Source: Podarcis tiliguerta (lineage: Eukaryota). From it: a stretch of 64,000 nt of DNA. A model generated the notes under the pieces. The model did not search any database. It had not been told where the DNA came from and saw nothing but the letters and a program-made list of their open reading frames with translations. Of this stretch, positions 24,601-36,111 are shown in pieces (position 1 is the stretch's first letter; every line of letters starts with the position of its first letter). A program made the translations under genes and the position numbers. Where the stretch lies: NCBI GenBank assembly GCA_965153285.1, contig OZ229111.1, one strand, 5' to 3'.

Positions 24601-27600
24601 AATATATCTTGTGCTTTTTCTCCTGCTTCACGTTAAGTAATCTGCCACTTTTTGGTAAATAGTAGGTAGGAATCGTCTTCTGTTTGGCTCTTCAGTATGA
24701 ATTGTGAGCTGTCACAAGTGGCAGGACACATCAAATGTTTCATTAGCCGTGCAGCGGAGATCTTTGTGCTCCTCGTGCCTGCTTGGCAGTCTGTGCCTAT
24801 TAAAAGTTAAATAAAGCCCAGGCACATCTGCTGAATTTGGATACGTGCAAGGATGTGAATTCCTTTCTGCTCTGGTAGAGAACCAGCTGAAATCACAATG
24901 AATAATGAATCTCTTTGCGCTAGGCAACTGGGGGTTTGTGCCACTATGCATTTATCATGTATTCCCCCCTCCTCCCCATTATGTTACATTTTTAATCTTG
25001 TGCATCCATCAGCTGGCTTAAGCCATTTCAAAAATAGCTAAATAAACTTAGGATATTTGTCATTTTTCAGGAACAAATGCTGCCATTCTGTGAGACTTCT
25101 GTATGGCGAAAAGAATCCAGTATTTAGCTCCTGTTACTGTGAGAGCTCAGTCTGTCTGATGCTCTTTCCCGAAGCAAAGAGACGTTTCGTGCTTGCACAG
25201 AGTGCCTGCTTATTCAGGTCCTTAATTACAGAATACCTAGCATGTCATTATTGCAGTCAAGGTTATTGATTTGCTGGCTTGATTTTATTCATTTACTTGA
25301 ACACATAGTGCACCCTGCTCCAAGGGTTTAGCTAACAGTATTGCAGAAGCAAAATTGTGATGATCGTGTTGCAGAGGCTCATGATCTAAAGAGGACTAAG
25401 AGAGGCCAAAAAGGGATAATAGCAATATGCATTTATGTTGTAATTGAACTGATGCAGATGTGTGTGTTATATTGGCATTCTAGTGGGCCCAAGCACCAAA
25501 GGAGATTATTCTAGAAAGGAGGTGACGAGAAGCTGAAGGGAGGAATTACTAGGACTATATTTTTATTAATTGATTGCTAGGTCCTTGGAGAAGCTCAGGA
25601 ATCTCCTTCCCAATTTTAAACTCAAAGGAGTTCTGTGAAGTAGGTCAGGCTGAATGATAGTGACATTGGATGGGGGGGGGGGGTAAGTGGGGATTTTAAC
25701 CCAAGTATTTCCAGTCTTAGGATGACACTCTCATGACTGGCTCAGCATCAGCATCTTTGAATAATTGAGCTGGGAGTATAATGGGGAGGGAGAAGGAATT
25801 TGGCTGTAGGAGCATCAGGGAAGAGTATGTCAGGAGACTTTCTGCAGGATCAAAGGAATACAGTAACAGGAATGAGGCAGGCTAAGGCATTGGTAGCTTA
25901 AACCTCATAGGAAGATGTTTGCATTTGCAAATAACCTTATTAGCTTACTTGGGCCTAACTCAGAAGAAGCTGCTGATTTTGGCACTTTGAGAAAGTGTAT
26001 TGTATTTAACTTATTTCCTTTTTTTAATTATGTGTATGGTAATCCGCAGGTGTTGAGGATAAGGAAAACTGGCATGGCAAACCTCTTCCCAGAAACATGG
26101 CTGAGCAAGTCATTTCAGAGATTGATGATAGAATCCAGAACAAGAAAAAGCTTTCTCCAGCCCTTCCGCAGGAAGATGCACCAGTTGTCAGTATCAGAAA
26201 TGTCAAGATGCCTTCACCACCGAATTATAAGTTGGGAGAGAAGGTATGGTGGTGTTTCTCTGTTCTCCTCAAGCAATTCTAGCTTAGGTTTATATTTGTG
26301 ATTGGAAAGGTGCTTTTGCTCACTATTCTGGGAACTGCGTTTTTTATGGAGTTGATTAATAAGAATAAACAACTTTCAGTCCAGAATTCTGTAAAATATT
26401 CCAGATGACATTCAGCTGCCTACTCAGTGGAGTTCCAATTGTAATTAATTCATCATAGTAGCAAAATGCCCATTCCAAATGTCACACCTTTTGGGAGAAG
26501 AGTAAATGCTATTTCAAACTATTGAAGATGAGCCAAACTTGATCTTGTACATGTGAGTCTCAAAGCAAATGTTTTACTTCATGCCTGTTTAAGGCCATAA
26601 TTCTAGTGAGTCACTTCTAAGGTAACTGCTAAGAATGGGACTTGTGGAGCCATCACACATGAGATGCCTTTTGCATTCAGGATGGCTACAAGTGAAGGCC
26701 GCATGTTCCTACTTCAGACTGGAAGGGATACATCCTGATCAAATTTGGTTGCCATTTTTAGACCCAGGTAGACTTCTTGTTTCTTTAAGAATGAACCAAT
26801 GTAGAGAGTTTGTCTGTCCCTCTTGTCTAGTAGTGGCAAAGTCACAATACTGGTCAGTTGTCTCCTTCACCTGCTGTGATGCAGAGCAAGTTATAGCTGT
26901 CAGGCAGCTGAAGTAATGCAGCAAATGGGAGAAGAAAAGGAAGACTTACCAGTCTCTCTCCCTGTCGTCAGATTTGAAGAGCATGGAAATCTTACCTGAG
27001 CCTGCAGACAAAAACCTTATGGAAACTCTTAGATGCCAAAGTAAACAGAGACAGAAGGAGAAACTCATGCAAGGGTGGTTTGGGGTTTCCACTTCTCTAG
27101 GGATTTGCTGGTTGTGTTCCCATGGCTAGCTTTTAGTCAAGTAAAGGACGACACTGCACTTGGTGTGACTGTATGAAGACAATCTGGCTTCTCTCAGCAC
27201 AGTTTCCCCTGAGGCCTTTTCTTAGGTCTTTCTGCTTCAGCTGTGATGTGTTTGATGACTAGAGGTATAAAGACCCTTGTACTACTAGCACAACACCAGA
27301 AAGCTTGAAGTTAACCAGGATTGCAAGGCCATATTATAGATGCTTCAGTTAGCTATGATAATCTCTATGCTTAGGATCAGAATGGTAAACATTTAAAATG
27401 TTGGCCCCAAGTATGAGGTACTGATGTGACATACTATAACATACAGGGGAGCATTAGAGATTCTTTGAAACTCTTCAGTGTAATATTGGTCATGCAGAGT
27501 TTTGTCTTGGACTCATTTTCGAAGGTTTTTATTTATGTGGTTTGCAACTGCAGCATAACAGAATAATTGAACATAATGAAAACGGGGCATCTATGTCCTT

Positions 27601-30600
27601 TTCCTCTCCACAGTTTGCTACTCGCAAAGCTTATGGCTTGGCCCTTGCCAAACTGGGCCATGCCTGTGACCGTGTGGTTGCTTTGGATGGGGATACCAAA
27701 AATTCCACTTTCTCTGAGCTCTTCAAAAAAGAGCACCCCAGCCGTTTCATTGAATGCTACATCGCTGAACAAAACATGGTAAGGTGCTTTGTTTGGGTGT
27801 TTCTTCGCTTGTTTCTTCCTTCAAACTAAGCAGGGGTTTTTTGGATAAATTCTCACTCTGATAATTAAACCATTGCCATTACCCTACCTTTATAAATAAG
27901 GTTTCGTATTCAACTAAGTCTTCCTTGAAGCAGACCCTTTGAAATCAATAGACTCAAATTCGTGCTGTCCGTTGATTTTGGTGACTCTCCTCTGAAGATG
28001 ACTTGGTTAGATACAATGTCCTAAAGAGCTTCGAGCAGTGGTTCCCAACCTTTGGGGGGGGGCATGCCCCACCTAAACATCTCTAAAATCCTGATCCTCC
28101 CCAGTGACATATAATTATTATTAGAGTGGTACCTCAGGTTAAGAACTTAATTCGTTCCGGAGGTCCGTTCTTAACCTGAAACTGTTCTTAACCTGAGGTA
28201 TCACTTTAGCTAATAGGGCCTTCCGCTGCCGCCGTGCGATTTCTGTTCTCATCCTGAAGCAAAGTTCTTAACCCGAGGTACTGTTTCTGGGTTAGCAGAG
28301 TCTGTAAACTGAAGCATCTGTAACCTGAGGTACCACTATACTGTATTCAAAAAGGGAACTCCTATTCATGTGGGGGAAGCTAAAAGGCCATTAACTTGGT
28401 CTAACTCATTCTCAAATTGCCCCCCTTAAAAATCAAATTGCCCCCCGTGGGGCGTGTGCCCCACGTTGGGAACCACGGGCTTAGGGTTTCTAGGTGCACT
28501 GCAACATGCAACGGCCATGTTGATTCAAGGGCACATTTCATAGTGCATCACCCCCATAGTTCTCCTCCTCTTTCAGCCCCATAGTTAACCTTCTCTTTGC
28601 CTCCCACCTCTTTCAGAGCATCTCCTGCCCTGTTTCTCCTTTCCCTCAGGCCTTGGACTGCTTGCTGCTGCTCTCCCTATATCCAGCCTACCATTGTCAG
28701 AGAGCTTCTGCTTCAGAGCTCTGCATATCAGGCTGCTGCAACCAGAACCATTACTTCTAATTTCTTGAGGAGCTTAAGCACATTTCATGCACCACAAACA
28801 TGTGCACGAGAGCAGGTTGCACTGCTATGATCATTCTGCCGGCACACGTAACTCTAATTTCCTTTCCCACTCCTCTATGCACTCCAGCTCTATTAGTCAA
28901 TTAGTGACGTAGCAATTGGAGCAAGAGCATGGAGACCAAGTTCATTCATCCATTAAACTTACCATCTGATCTTGAGTCACTCCCATCTTTCTCTACCTTG
29001 TTGTAAGGATAACATAGGGAGACGGGAAGAGCTTTGTATACTGTCCTGAACCTCTCCTCGGAGGAAGAATATAAATATATAAAACGTATATAGTTTATAT
29101 AGGTATAAAACATTTAGCTAACTCAGCATGTAGCACTCACATTTTGCTGGAACTGGTTAATCCGCTCTTCCCCTCCCCCCCCCCCAATTACAGGTGAGCG
29201 TTGGTGTTGGTTGTGCAACCCGGGACAGAAACATTGTGTTTGCCAGCACCTTTGCCACATTTTACACCAGGGCATATGATCAGATCCGCATGGCAGCAAT
29301 TTCCGAGAGCAACATCAACCTCTGTGGATCTCACTGCGGTGTATCCATTGGTAAGCGTCTTCAAATTTATTCAGCAAATTGCCTTAGTCTCCCAGATGCA
29401 GGCACACAGACCCATGAAGTGGAAGTAATTTCAAAATTCTGTAGGAATCTCCCCCCCCCCACCTTATTATCATAGTCTACAAATTTTATTCTCTGCTTTT
29501 TATTTGATATCACTTGTTGCATCATAGAGGAAATGAGGCTTGTAAAACTGATGGTCTGCTAAGTCCTTTGACCAAAGTGTACTTTTCAAACCTCACATAG
29601 TTGATCTGCCTACAATAGACATTCCATGTATACATTAGAGACAAATAAAGTGAGTTTTGGATGTATCAGAGATTGTTCCAACATGTGCTAGAAAATGCTG
29701 TGTGTTCTCATTTAGTTCCAAATGACCATTACACTTTACCATTGTGTCAACGTGCAGGACGCTCTGGCTATACCCAACAAAATTAAAACAGCAAAGCAAG
29801 CTTTTCCCCCAAGCTTTTATTCTATTATTGCTATATGGATAATGACCTTGTTTGTACATAATACTAAACCAGACTATGACTTAGCAAGAATAAGCAAGCA
29901 TGTGGGTGCCCAGCATGAAAACTGATGCACTTTGTCATTCCCCTGGTTCTGCTGCACTGCCATGAGCCAAATACATGCTTTAATTTAGCATTTTGTGTAA
30001 ACTTATGCTTGTGGTTAGTCTCACTCCCAAAAAACCAGAACTTATACCAAGCAAAAACCTTGGTTATTTGGGGGAAACAAGCCTCAAGTCTGTTTTCAAA
30101 CGTAACCCTAAGCCAAACCCTGGTTTAGCTACAAGCAGTGCAATAGCATGACCAGAGATAAGCAAAGTAGCCATAATTTTCTCTCTGGGTACCTGCATGC
30201 TTGCTCATTTGCCTTAGGGGTGTGTGCAAATTGGGTTATTATGAACAGTGTTTTGTCTCATAGATATGAGTATTAATCACCTTTGCCACCAGCTGCCAAA
30301 TCTTTGGGAGCAATATTGTTCCTTCATAGCTCATTGACAAAGTGTATGGTTCAGTAATGATACCATACTAAAAGCTGATTAGAACTGCAAGTGGCTTATC
30401 ACAAATTTCTTCTTAAATCTGAGCTTTGGAAAGCGCAGTGGAAGTTTCCTTATTGGCTTAAGAGTTGCTCATGCTGCACTCAGAGTTTGCACTGGAAATG
30501 TAAGCAGTGAAGCCTGAACAGTTTGGCAGTGGTTCAGGAATTTTCAGCTTGGGCTTTGCTATACTTGTCTCTCAGTGCTGTCGCATGGTCAGGTTGCTCG

Positions 30601-33600
30601 CTTTAGCCATTAATTAGCCTCAGATTCTTTCTAACACCACTTGCCACTTGCGCTTCTCTTCAAAGAATTTCCAGTTGCTTCTTCAACAGTACAGTGAAGC
30701 CCTCTTTTAAGTACAGGTGCCAGTGTATATTTCAGTGCACACATTCTATTACTGTTTGTAGGGTGGGACATGTGCTTTTGTTTTTTGCACATGCCAAGAT
30801 CTTATTTCAGTAGAACTCTCACAGCCATCAGGATAAAAGCTTCGCCTACTTCTGAAGTGTGTGTTTGTATGTAGGAGACTGCAGGTTTAATCCTTGCCCT
30901 TATCAGGAATGGGATCTTAAGTTCCAATGATGAGAGAAACCTCTACCCCCTCAAGTTTATTAAAATGCAGAGATGCACAACCGACTGGGGCTTTTTGGGG
31001 TCCTTGACTAAATAGGTATATATATATAAAGAATGTGGTAGTGCCATTTCCATAACACTCACTGCATCCTGTGTGGCAATTGTACTGAAACAGGAAGCAG
31101 ACACTTTCCCACATTTTTTTAAAAAATGACTTTGGAGCAGCCCTCTGGCTCCTTTTTGAGGCAGACAGTGTTCACAAGTCAGTTCAACCAAGCAGAAGCT
31201 GGAAAAAATGTACTCAGTTCTTCTAACTGGTTTCCTGTAAATACTTTTCTTTTCCACCAGAAGGGCACACATTCATCCACAGCTCTTCCTACTGCTGGCT
31301 CTGGAGGGATTTGAACTGTGCCATTCACTGCTCTACACCCCCTCCCCAAATATATCCCTAATTATCATGCATCTCTCTGTGGGTTTCATTAAGCCAATCT
31401 TTGCTGAAAAGTAAGCTTCTTATGACCTTCAAGTGCCCCCTCCCAGGATGGGACATTCTGACAGAATCATGAATTCTTTTGTGTTCCACCAATAATTGAG
31501 ACATGCCTACTGTCACCTTGTACATTTTTCTTTTGCCTGTTGGCTAAAATTGTGTATTTATTTCCTTTCATTTCTGTACTCATGTATGTAGCTCCATATC
31601 CCTTCTCATTCTCCTTTTGCCTCTGTGGTAGTGGTGGTTTAGTTTCTGCTTTATTGTTTTAGTTACCATTTACGTCTGCATTTTTCCATGATTTTTCTTT
31701 ATAACCCTAGTTTTCTTTCTTTTTAGTTTCCTTCTATCTTCTTTCTTTGCTATTTCCAAGTTTAAGCAGAAGAGGGTAGGTAGCCTTCCATGTCCTGTGA
31801 GTGCCTTGTATTTATTTTGGATGCCTTTTGTTTTAAGAAGTCTACAGAGAAGTTTGTTCACTTTTCAACACTGATATTTTTCTTTCACCCCCCACCCCAT
31901 ACCATCTCTTTTCTAGGTGAAGATGGACCTTCACAGATGGGGCTGGAAGATCTGTGCATGTTCCGTGCCATTCCTAATTCAACTGTATTTTATCCTAGTG
32001 ATGCTGTATCCACTGAAAAGGCAGTGGAATTGGCTGCAAATACAAAGGTCTGCAACTCTTCCGCAGGGTGCTTGCTTGGGAGTTTTAGAGCAGGGGCGGG
32101 GAAACCTGCTGGCCCTTCCCATTTGGCCTGCAAGTTCATTTCAGGCAAGCCTTACACCTGACATCATATATGACATCAGATGGAGGATAGGTAACGTTGG
32201 GACTCCTCATTGTGCAGCACTTCCCAAGTGCAGTGGGCATTAGGAAGGAAATGTGCAAGGGACTTTTGACAGGCGTCAATCGCCTGGCATCCTCATGACC
32301 TCAGATGATTGACAGTTGCTGCATAGGGATGGAGAAAAGATAAGGACCCATTACTGCCTCCAAATCTGAAGTTTGCTCTCTTCTGTTGCAGAGGCATATA
32401 GGGAAGGGTGTTCATTGCTGTGAATTTGTCAGAGTTTCCTTGTTGGTTGGCTGTTTATTTCATTCCATTGATACCCCACTTTTCTTCTCTCATGGAACCC
32501 AAGGTGTCATGCTTATAATACCTAGGTGGTCACCCATCCAGAATTAGACACACTCAGCTTTAAAAAGACTAGTTTTGATGTTTGGATTTTTAAATGCCTT
32601 TTTCCCGTTTTGAACTTTAATTCCATGGGCTATTGTGGGTGTTACAATCTATCCTGTGTTCATTTTGAAAACAGGGCATCTGTTTCATACGAACCAGTCG
32701 TCCAGAAAATGCTGTGATCTACGGCAGCAATGAAGATTTCCATGTTGGACAAGCCAAGGTGAGCGCCATTTTGAAAGTTGCTAAAAGATTTGAACTACAA
32801 GAACGTAGTCATTGAACATTGTGATTTTTACTAGCTTTTCCCAGTAAATCTAATTCTTTGTTTTACTGTTGTTATCAGGTGGTATTCAAGAGCAAAGATG
32901 ACCAGGTCACGGTTATTGGAGCAGGAGTAACTCTGCACGAGGCACTGGCTGCAGCTGAGCAACTGAAGAGAGGTGATTACACCAAACTCTTTTGAGAAAT
33001 GCACACCAGCCATCTTGTAGGGAAGAACATGAGGGCTATAAAGGGCGGGGGGCGGGGGGGAGACAGGAAATTCTTTAGAAGTGTAATCTAATTACTACAT
33101 CTTTCCTTGGAGCCTTAAGTCTATTTATAAAAAAAAACCAAGAAAAAAGTTAGTTTAATATATAAAATCAAACCCAAACATGTACCTTATCTGTAGCAAC
33201 GTAGCCCTGGTACAAACAATCGAAACTGGTTAAGAGACTGGGAATGTGATATAGATTTGCATGGCCTCTCTTCCTTGTGAATTTCCATGGTTTGTTTAAC
33301 AATGGTGTAACATTACGCCACTAACATCACTGTTAAGAATAGCTAACTGGATTCCCTTTTGACAGGGACTGGTGAATCTGATGCAAACTGGTTCTAAAGA
33401 CTTGAGGTCACCCTGGTTCGGAGTAACTATGATCAGCCTCAGTGCAGTGCATGTACAAGACGAACCATGCATGAAAGGGAAGGAGGGAAAGGAGAAGTCA
33501 GTGAGCATGTGGTATATTGATTAGGAATACAGTCATACCTCGGGTTAAATATGCTTCGAGTTGAGCGCGTTCGAGTTGTGCTCCTTGGCAATCTGGAAGT

Positions 33601-35980
33601 AACGGAGTGCGTTACTTTCGGGTTTCGCCGCTTGCGCATGCGCAGACGCCGAAAATGCCGCCACGCACATGCACAGAAGCGGCAAAAAGTGACACGTGCA
33701 CGCACAGATGCGCTGTCGCTAGTTACGTTTACCTCTGGATGCGAACGGGGCACCGGAACGGATCCCGTTCGTATCTAGAGGTACCACTGTATTGCATCTG
33801 CACAAGATCTTACTAGATGGATAGTCCTGGATAAGTAAACCATGGTTTGCTTCACAGTAGATGAAATGTCACCTTTCCTGAAACATACAGGTTGCACCAT
33901 ACCTGAACACTTTCAGTTACAGGCTACCTAACTGGCAGTAGTTCACATATTCCCCATCCTCATTTTATTCCTTGAAAGACATGTGTTGCTACTCATTTCA
34001 CTGCAGATATCATCATTTTAGTATCGGAAGTGTACTGGGCCATGATTATCCAAGACTCCTGGCATTCTCCAACATAACCTCTGGTGGAATAAAGGAAATC
34101 TCACTATTGAGAAGTCCACAAGATGAGAGTACTATTAAGTTAATGCAATTATAGCCATTGGATAAATGAGCAGGCAGCTGTGCTTTAAGAAGACTGAAGC
34201 TGAATGATGACCTTGTGCTATCTAGTTCTTTAGATATTCCACAAGCTAGTTTCTGGGTGGCTTAATTCTTCTGGAGATCAATTATCATAGTAAAGGTCCT
34301 TGGAAGTGGGTCATGAGTGTCCTCATTCTAGGGAATGACAAAACGAGAAAGTAAGGCTTACGCTTACTTATCAGTCAGCTTCTTTTTGACTTATATTCTG
34401 CCCATTCTTAGAACCAAATACTTAGTGGTTTCAAAGACCCCCGTTGGAATGCTTTAATAAATGTGTATGAAATGTTAAACATTAGCAAGTCCCCTCTCCT
34501 GTGTTTTGTTGAGCCACATGCTCTGGTGCATAATTCTGTTCCCATTCTTTTTCTCAGAAAAAGTTTCCATCAGAGTGATTGACCCATTCACTATAAAACC
34601 TCTGGATAAGAAAACTATACTTGAAAATGCAAGAGCAACCAAAGGCAGAATTATCACTGTGGAAGACCATTACTATGAAGGTAGGTCAACACACATGATA
34701 ACAAAGGGAAAAAATTTGGTACTGTATATACGGTATGTCTCTGCTGTGGGTGTCCATTTTTTGTTTGTTTTTAAATTCCTCTTCTGTGCTGTTTCCTAAC
34801 TTTGGAGGTTTTTTATATTTTGTATATTGCATTGGACATACATGGAAGGTGATTAATAACGATGATGAGAAATACATGGACACTGATTATTTCTAGTTCC
34901 TGTGCTTCAGCTCTACCTATACATGGTACAGACACCTAGAGAAATGAAAGAGATTTCTCTCATGACTATCCTAGCTTGACAATCCTAGCTTGGGTGTGCT
35001 CTTGCAACAGTTAAACATTGTTGTGTTGGAGTTGCATTTCCTGCTGTTGTAGTGGAGCTGCTGGCTTTCCAGATATTACTCTATTATCCCTGTCCATTAG
35101 TTGGTTGGGGCTGATGGGGGGTCCAACATCATCTAATAAGCTACATATCAAAGACATTGTTTCCTCTATTTCAGATATTCAGGGTAGGAGCGCCATTAGT
35201 TATATAGCCAAAATGGCACCATCCTCGCAGAATGGGGAGGTATCAGCAGGCTTGGGTGAACCCCAACATTCCCATAAAAAAATTCTTTGGGGGGGGGGAA
35301 TAGCTAAGGAACCTCAAAGGTGTCCATTGAGGAATGAACAAGCTCATTGTGCTCAGAATGCTGATTGTTTGCTGTGGAGGGGCGGGGAACGATATAATGG
35401 AATGGAATTTTGTGGAGGAAAGCATAGCTAACTGACTGGAACACTAAAAAGGTGCACTCCACACTGCAACATTTTACCACAAGTCCTCCTTTAGACATTT
35501 ATAAAATAGCATTTTTGTATCTGCTGTGTCTTCATGATCAACTACTCTACTTGGTTGGCTTGGATGGACTCTTGGAGATCAGTTGTCTTGATTGGGCATC
35601 AAAGCACTAATCCTCTTAGATGAAAAACTGTTTAGGCAAAAGCCTCTCATGGGACAAACAACTTTGCAACCTTTCCAATCCCTCTGAACTATCCAATTGT
35701 TTTCTTTTTAAATAGCTAGATTAAGCTGCTTACAAAGAAATAAAGCTTGTTAGCCTTGACTTATCATCCATTTGTATATTATCTTTCCCTAGGTGGCATT
35801 GGAGAAGCCGTCGCTGCGGCTGTGGTTGGAGAACCAGGGATCACAGTCTCTCGCTTGGCTGTGTCCCACATACCAAGAAGTGGAAAATCAGCTGAGCTGC
35901 TTAGGATGTTTGGCATCGATAAGGATGGCATCATCCAGGCTGTGAAGGTGGCAGTGTCCAAATCAAGGAATGCAGAGTAG
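541..35980 (+). CDS. TKT: Transketolase, full spliced gene, 14 coding exons, 627 aa: join(541..647,12738..12855,13932..14045,15388..15485,20472..20663,22334..22452,26050..26243,27614..27778,29194..29350,31917..32047,32675..32758,32879..32972,34558..34680,35793..35980)
   Basis: All introns GT-AG and phases join into one 1884-nt ORF. Recognisable vertebrate TKT peptides: [33 protein letters not shown], ThDP motif GDGELSEG...[37 protein letters not shown]. Confidence 0.98.
2255..2340. repeat. Short palindromic interspersed repeat (gggagtaagtcccattaaactcaatgggg type)
   Basis: Similar imperfect hairpins at about 8250-8325, 9505-9544 (split by a SINE), 15255-15325, 46645-46695 and 61918-61990. Confidence 0.55.
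4230..5045 (+). mobile_element. Possible DIRS/Ngaro-like or LTR-like retroelement fragment
   Basis: About 800-bp GC-richer block in an AT-rich intron ending in caataaagttgtggcc plus a G-rich tail, a motif I associate with squamate Ngaro terminal repeats; no coding remnant recognised. Confidence 0.3.
6382..6980 (-). mobile_element. CR1 LINE 3' fragment (ORF2 C-terminus plus 3' UTR)
   Basis: ORF 6614-6931 reads [44 protein letters not shown]...[11 protein letters not shown], the typical CR1 ORF2 tail; terminal ATTCTATG-like repeat at 6382-6397. Confidence 0.93.
8519..8572. repeat. (ATATCT)n-like degenerate microsatellite
   Basis: tatatctacatatctatatttctatatctatatatttatatctgtatctatatct. Confidence 0.7.
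9545..9901 (+). mobile_element. Sauria SINE, full length
   Basis: tRNA-derived head with A box (tggcactgtgg) and B box (ggttcaaatcc), (ACCTTT)n tail; TSD taagcgtcatt (9534-9544) / taagcctcatt (9902-9912). Confidence 0.92.
10911..11696. mobile_element. Non-autonomous Tc1/mariner-superfamily (Tc2/pogo-like) MITE with internal tandem array
   Basis: Perfect 27-bp TIRs CCGTATTTTTCGCCCTATAGGACGCAC / GTGCGTCCTATAGGGCGAAAAATACGG flanked by TA on both sides. Confidence 0.9.
10993..11520. repeat. 99-bp GC-rich palindromic tandem repeat, about 5.3 copies
   Basis: Unit starts at 10993, 11092, 11191, 11290, 11388 and 11487; units 2 and 3 are identical. Confidence 0.95.
12738..12855 (+). CDS. TKT: TKT exon 2 ([39 protein letters not shown])
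   Basis: ttgcag| acceptor, AAG|gtaaga donor; 118 nt. Confidence 0.97.
13932..14045 (+). CDS. TKT: TKT exon 3 ([38 protein letters not shown])
   Basis: tctag| acceptor, CCA|gtgagt donor; 114 nt. Confidence 0.97.
15388..15485 (+). CDS. TKT: TKT exon 4 ([33 protein letters not shown])
   Basis: tttttag| acceptor, CAG|gtatct donor; 98 nt. Confidence 0.97.
18063..18073 (-). promoter_or_regulatory. Antioxidant response element (NRF2/BACH1-sMAF site) in TKT intron 4
   Basis: TGCTGAGTCAC, which reads GTGACTCAGCA on the - strand, is a perfect RTGACTCAGCA consensus with an AT-rich flank. Confidence 0.65.
18640..18910 (-). mobile_element. Old CR1 LINE 3' fragment
   Basis: ORF 18720-18902 [26 protein letters not shown] resembles the CR1 ORF2 end (WN.LP..VV.A.S...FK.RLD.F). 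Confidence 0.7.
19605..19739. mobile_element. hAT-type hairpin MITE
   Basis: Long TIRs ttctcaaacttgggtccccggatgttgttggac / gtccaataacatctggggacccaagtttgagaa; same core as 49227-49362. Confidence 0.8.
20472..20663 (+). CDS. TKT: TKT exon 5 (ThDP-binding GDG...N motif)
   Basis: [64 protein letters not shown]; donor TGG|gtatgt; 192 nt. Confidence 0.97.
20664..20699 (+). repeat. (GTAT)9 microsatellite starting at the exon 5 splice donor
   Basis: Directly read from the sequence. Confidence 0.95.
21560..21798 (+). mobile_element. tRNA-derived CORE/MIR-like squamate SINE with (TCT)n tail
   Basis: A box tggtgtagtgg, B-box-like ggttcgcgtct, CORE-like gctgggtgaccttgggccagtcac, tail ctcttcttcttcttc; an older relative lies at about 62030-62240. 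Confidence 0.8.
22334..22452 (+). CDS. TKT: TKT exon 6 ([39 protein letters not shown])
   Basis: cctag| acceptor, CAG|gtgatg donor; 119 nt. Confidence 0.97.
22742..22911. repeat. 47-bp inverted repeat enclosing a TA/CA microsatellite
   Basis: Arms 22742-22788 and 22865-22911 are reverse complements at 46 of 47 positions. Confidence 0.9.
23219..23489. mobile_element. hAT-type non-autonomous element nested in an older MITE
   Basis: Degenerate TIRs cagtggcatag / ctacatcacag; exact 8-bp TSD gcgttggt (23211-23218, 23490-23497). Confidence 0.75.
23895..24278 (-). mobile_element. L2 LINE 3' fragment with (AATA)/(ATT)n tail
   Basis: Minus-strand translation [41 protein letters not shown] is the L2 ORF2 C-terminal motif. 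Confidence 0.85.
26050..26243 (+). CDS. TKT: TKT exon 7 ([22 protein letters not shown]...NYKLGEK)
   Basis: cgcag| acceptor, AAG|gtatgg donor; 194 nt. Confidence 0.96.
27614..27778 (+). CDS. TKT: TKT exon 8 ([15 protein letters not shown]...ECYIAEQNM)
   Basis: cacag| acceptor, ATG|gtaagg donor; 165 nt. Confidence 0.97.
28036..28478. mobile_element. hAT (Charlie-like) MITE interrupted by a TcMar MITE
   Basis: TIRs cagtggttcccaac / gttgggaaccacgg; degenerate 8-bp TSD gcttcgag / gcttaggg. Confidence 0.75.
28124..28338. mobile_element. Tigger-like TcMar MITE (nested)
   Basis: TIRs agtggtacctcaggtta / taacctgaggtaccact with TA flanks; same family as 41097-41338 in opposite orientation. Confidence 0.85.
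29194..29350 (+). CDS. TKT: TKT exon 9 ([12 protein letters not shown]...GSHCGVSI)
   Basis: tacag| acceptor, TTG|gtaagc donor; 157 nt. Confidence 0.97.
31917..32047 (+). CDS. TKT: TKT exon 10 ([20 protein letters not shown]...LAANTK)
   Basis: ttctag| acceptor, AAG|gtctgc donor; 131 nt. Confidence 0.97.
32675..32758 (+). CDS. TKT: TKT exon 11 ([28 protein letters not shown])
   Basis: aacag| acceptor, AAG|gtgagc donor; 84 nt. Confidence 0.96.
32879..32972 (+). CDS. TKT: TKT exon 12 ([31 protein letters not shown])
   Basis: atcag| acceptor, GAG|gtgatt donor; 94 nt. Confidence 0.96.
33530..33789. mobile_element. Tigger-like TcMar MITE, CpG-rich
   Basis: TA|cagtcatacctc ... gaggtaccactg|TA termini. 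Confidence 0.8.
34558..34680 (+). CDS. TKT: TKT exon 13 ([17 protein letters not shown]...TVEDHYYE)
   Basis: ttctcag| acceptor, AAG|gtaggt donor; 123 nt. Confidence 0.97.
35793..35980 (+). CDS. TKT: TKT exon 14 coding part ([16 protein letters not shown]...VSKSRNAE*)
   Basis: ccctag| acceptor; TAG stop at 35978-35980. Confidence 0.97.
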
Positions 35981-36105
35981 ATTGTGTTGTACACCCATTG
36001 TGTTCTGGGGCAGTGTGTTGGGATAAGGATGGTTAAAAAAAAGCCAAACACTGTAGCTTTCAAACAGGGTTGAAATTATATGCAGAGTTTTAATGGAAGA
36101 ATTCT

Positions 36106-36111
36106 AATAAA
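36106..36111 (+). terminator. TKT: Polyadenylation signal of TKT
   Basis: AATAAA about 125 nt after the stop codon, followed by a GT/T-rich element (tgtttgctgttttg) about 25 nt downstream. Confidence 0.75.

Noticed and set aside
29191-29199. cag|GTGAGC at the exon 9 acceptor as a recursive splice site
   Set aside because: Explained by the Val-Ser codons of the conserved protein; the flanking introns are short.
541-35980. TKTL1/TKTL2 identity or pseudogene status
   Set aside because: The 14-exon structure is intact, exon 3 (GHAAP...GHP) is present, catalytic motifs are retained and there are no frameshifts; this fits canonical TKT.
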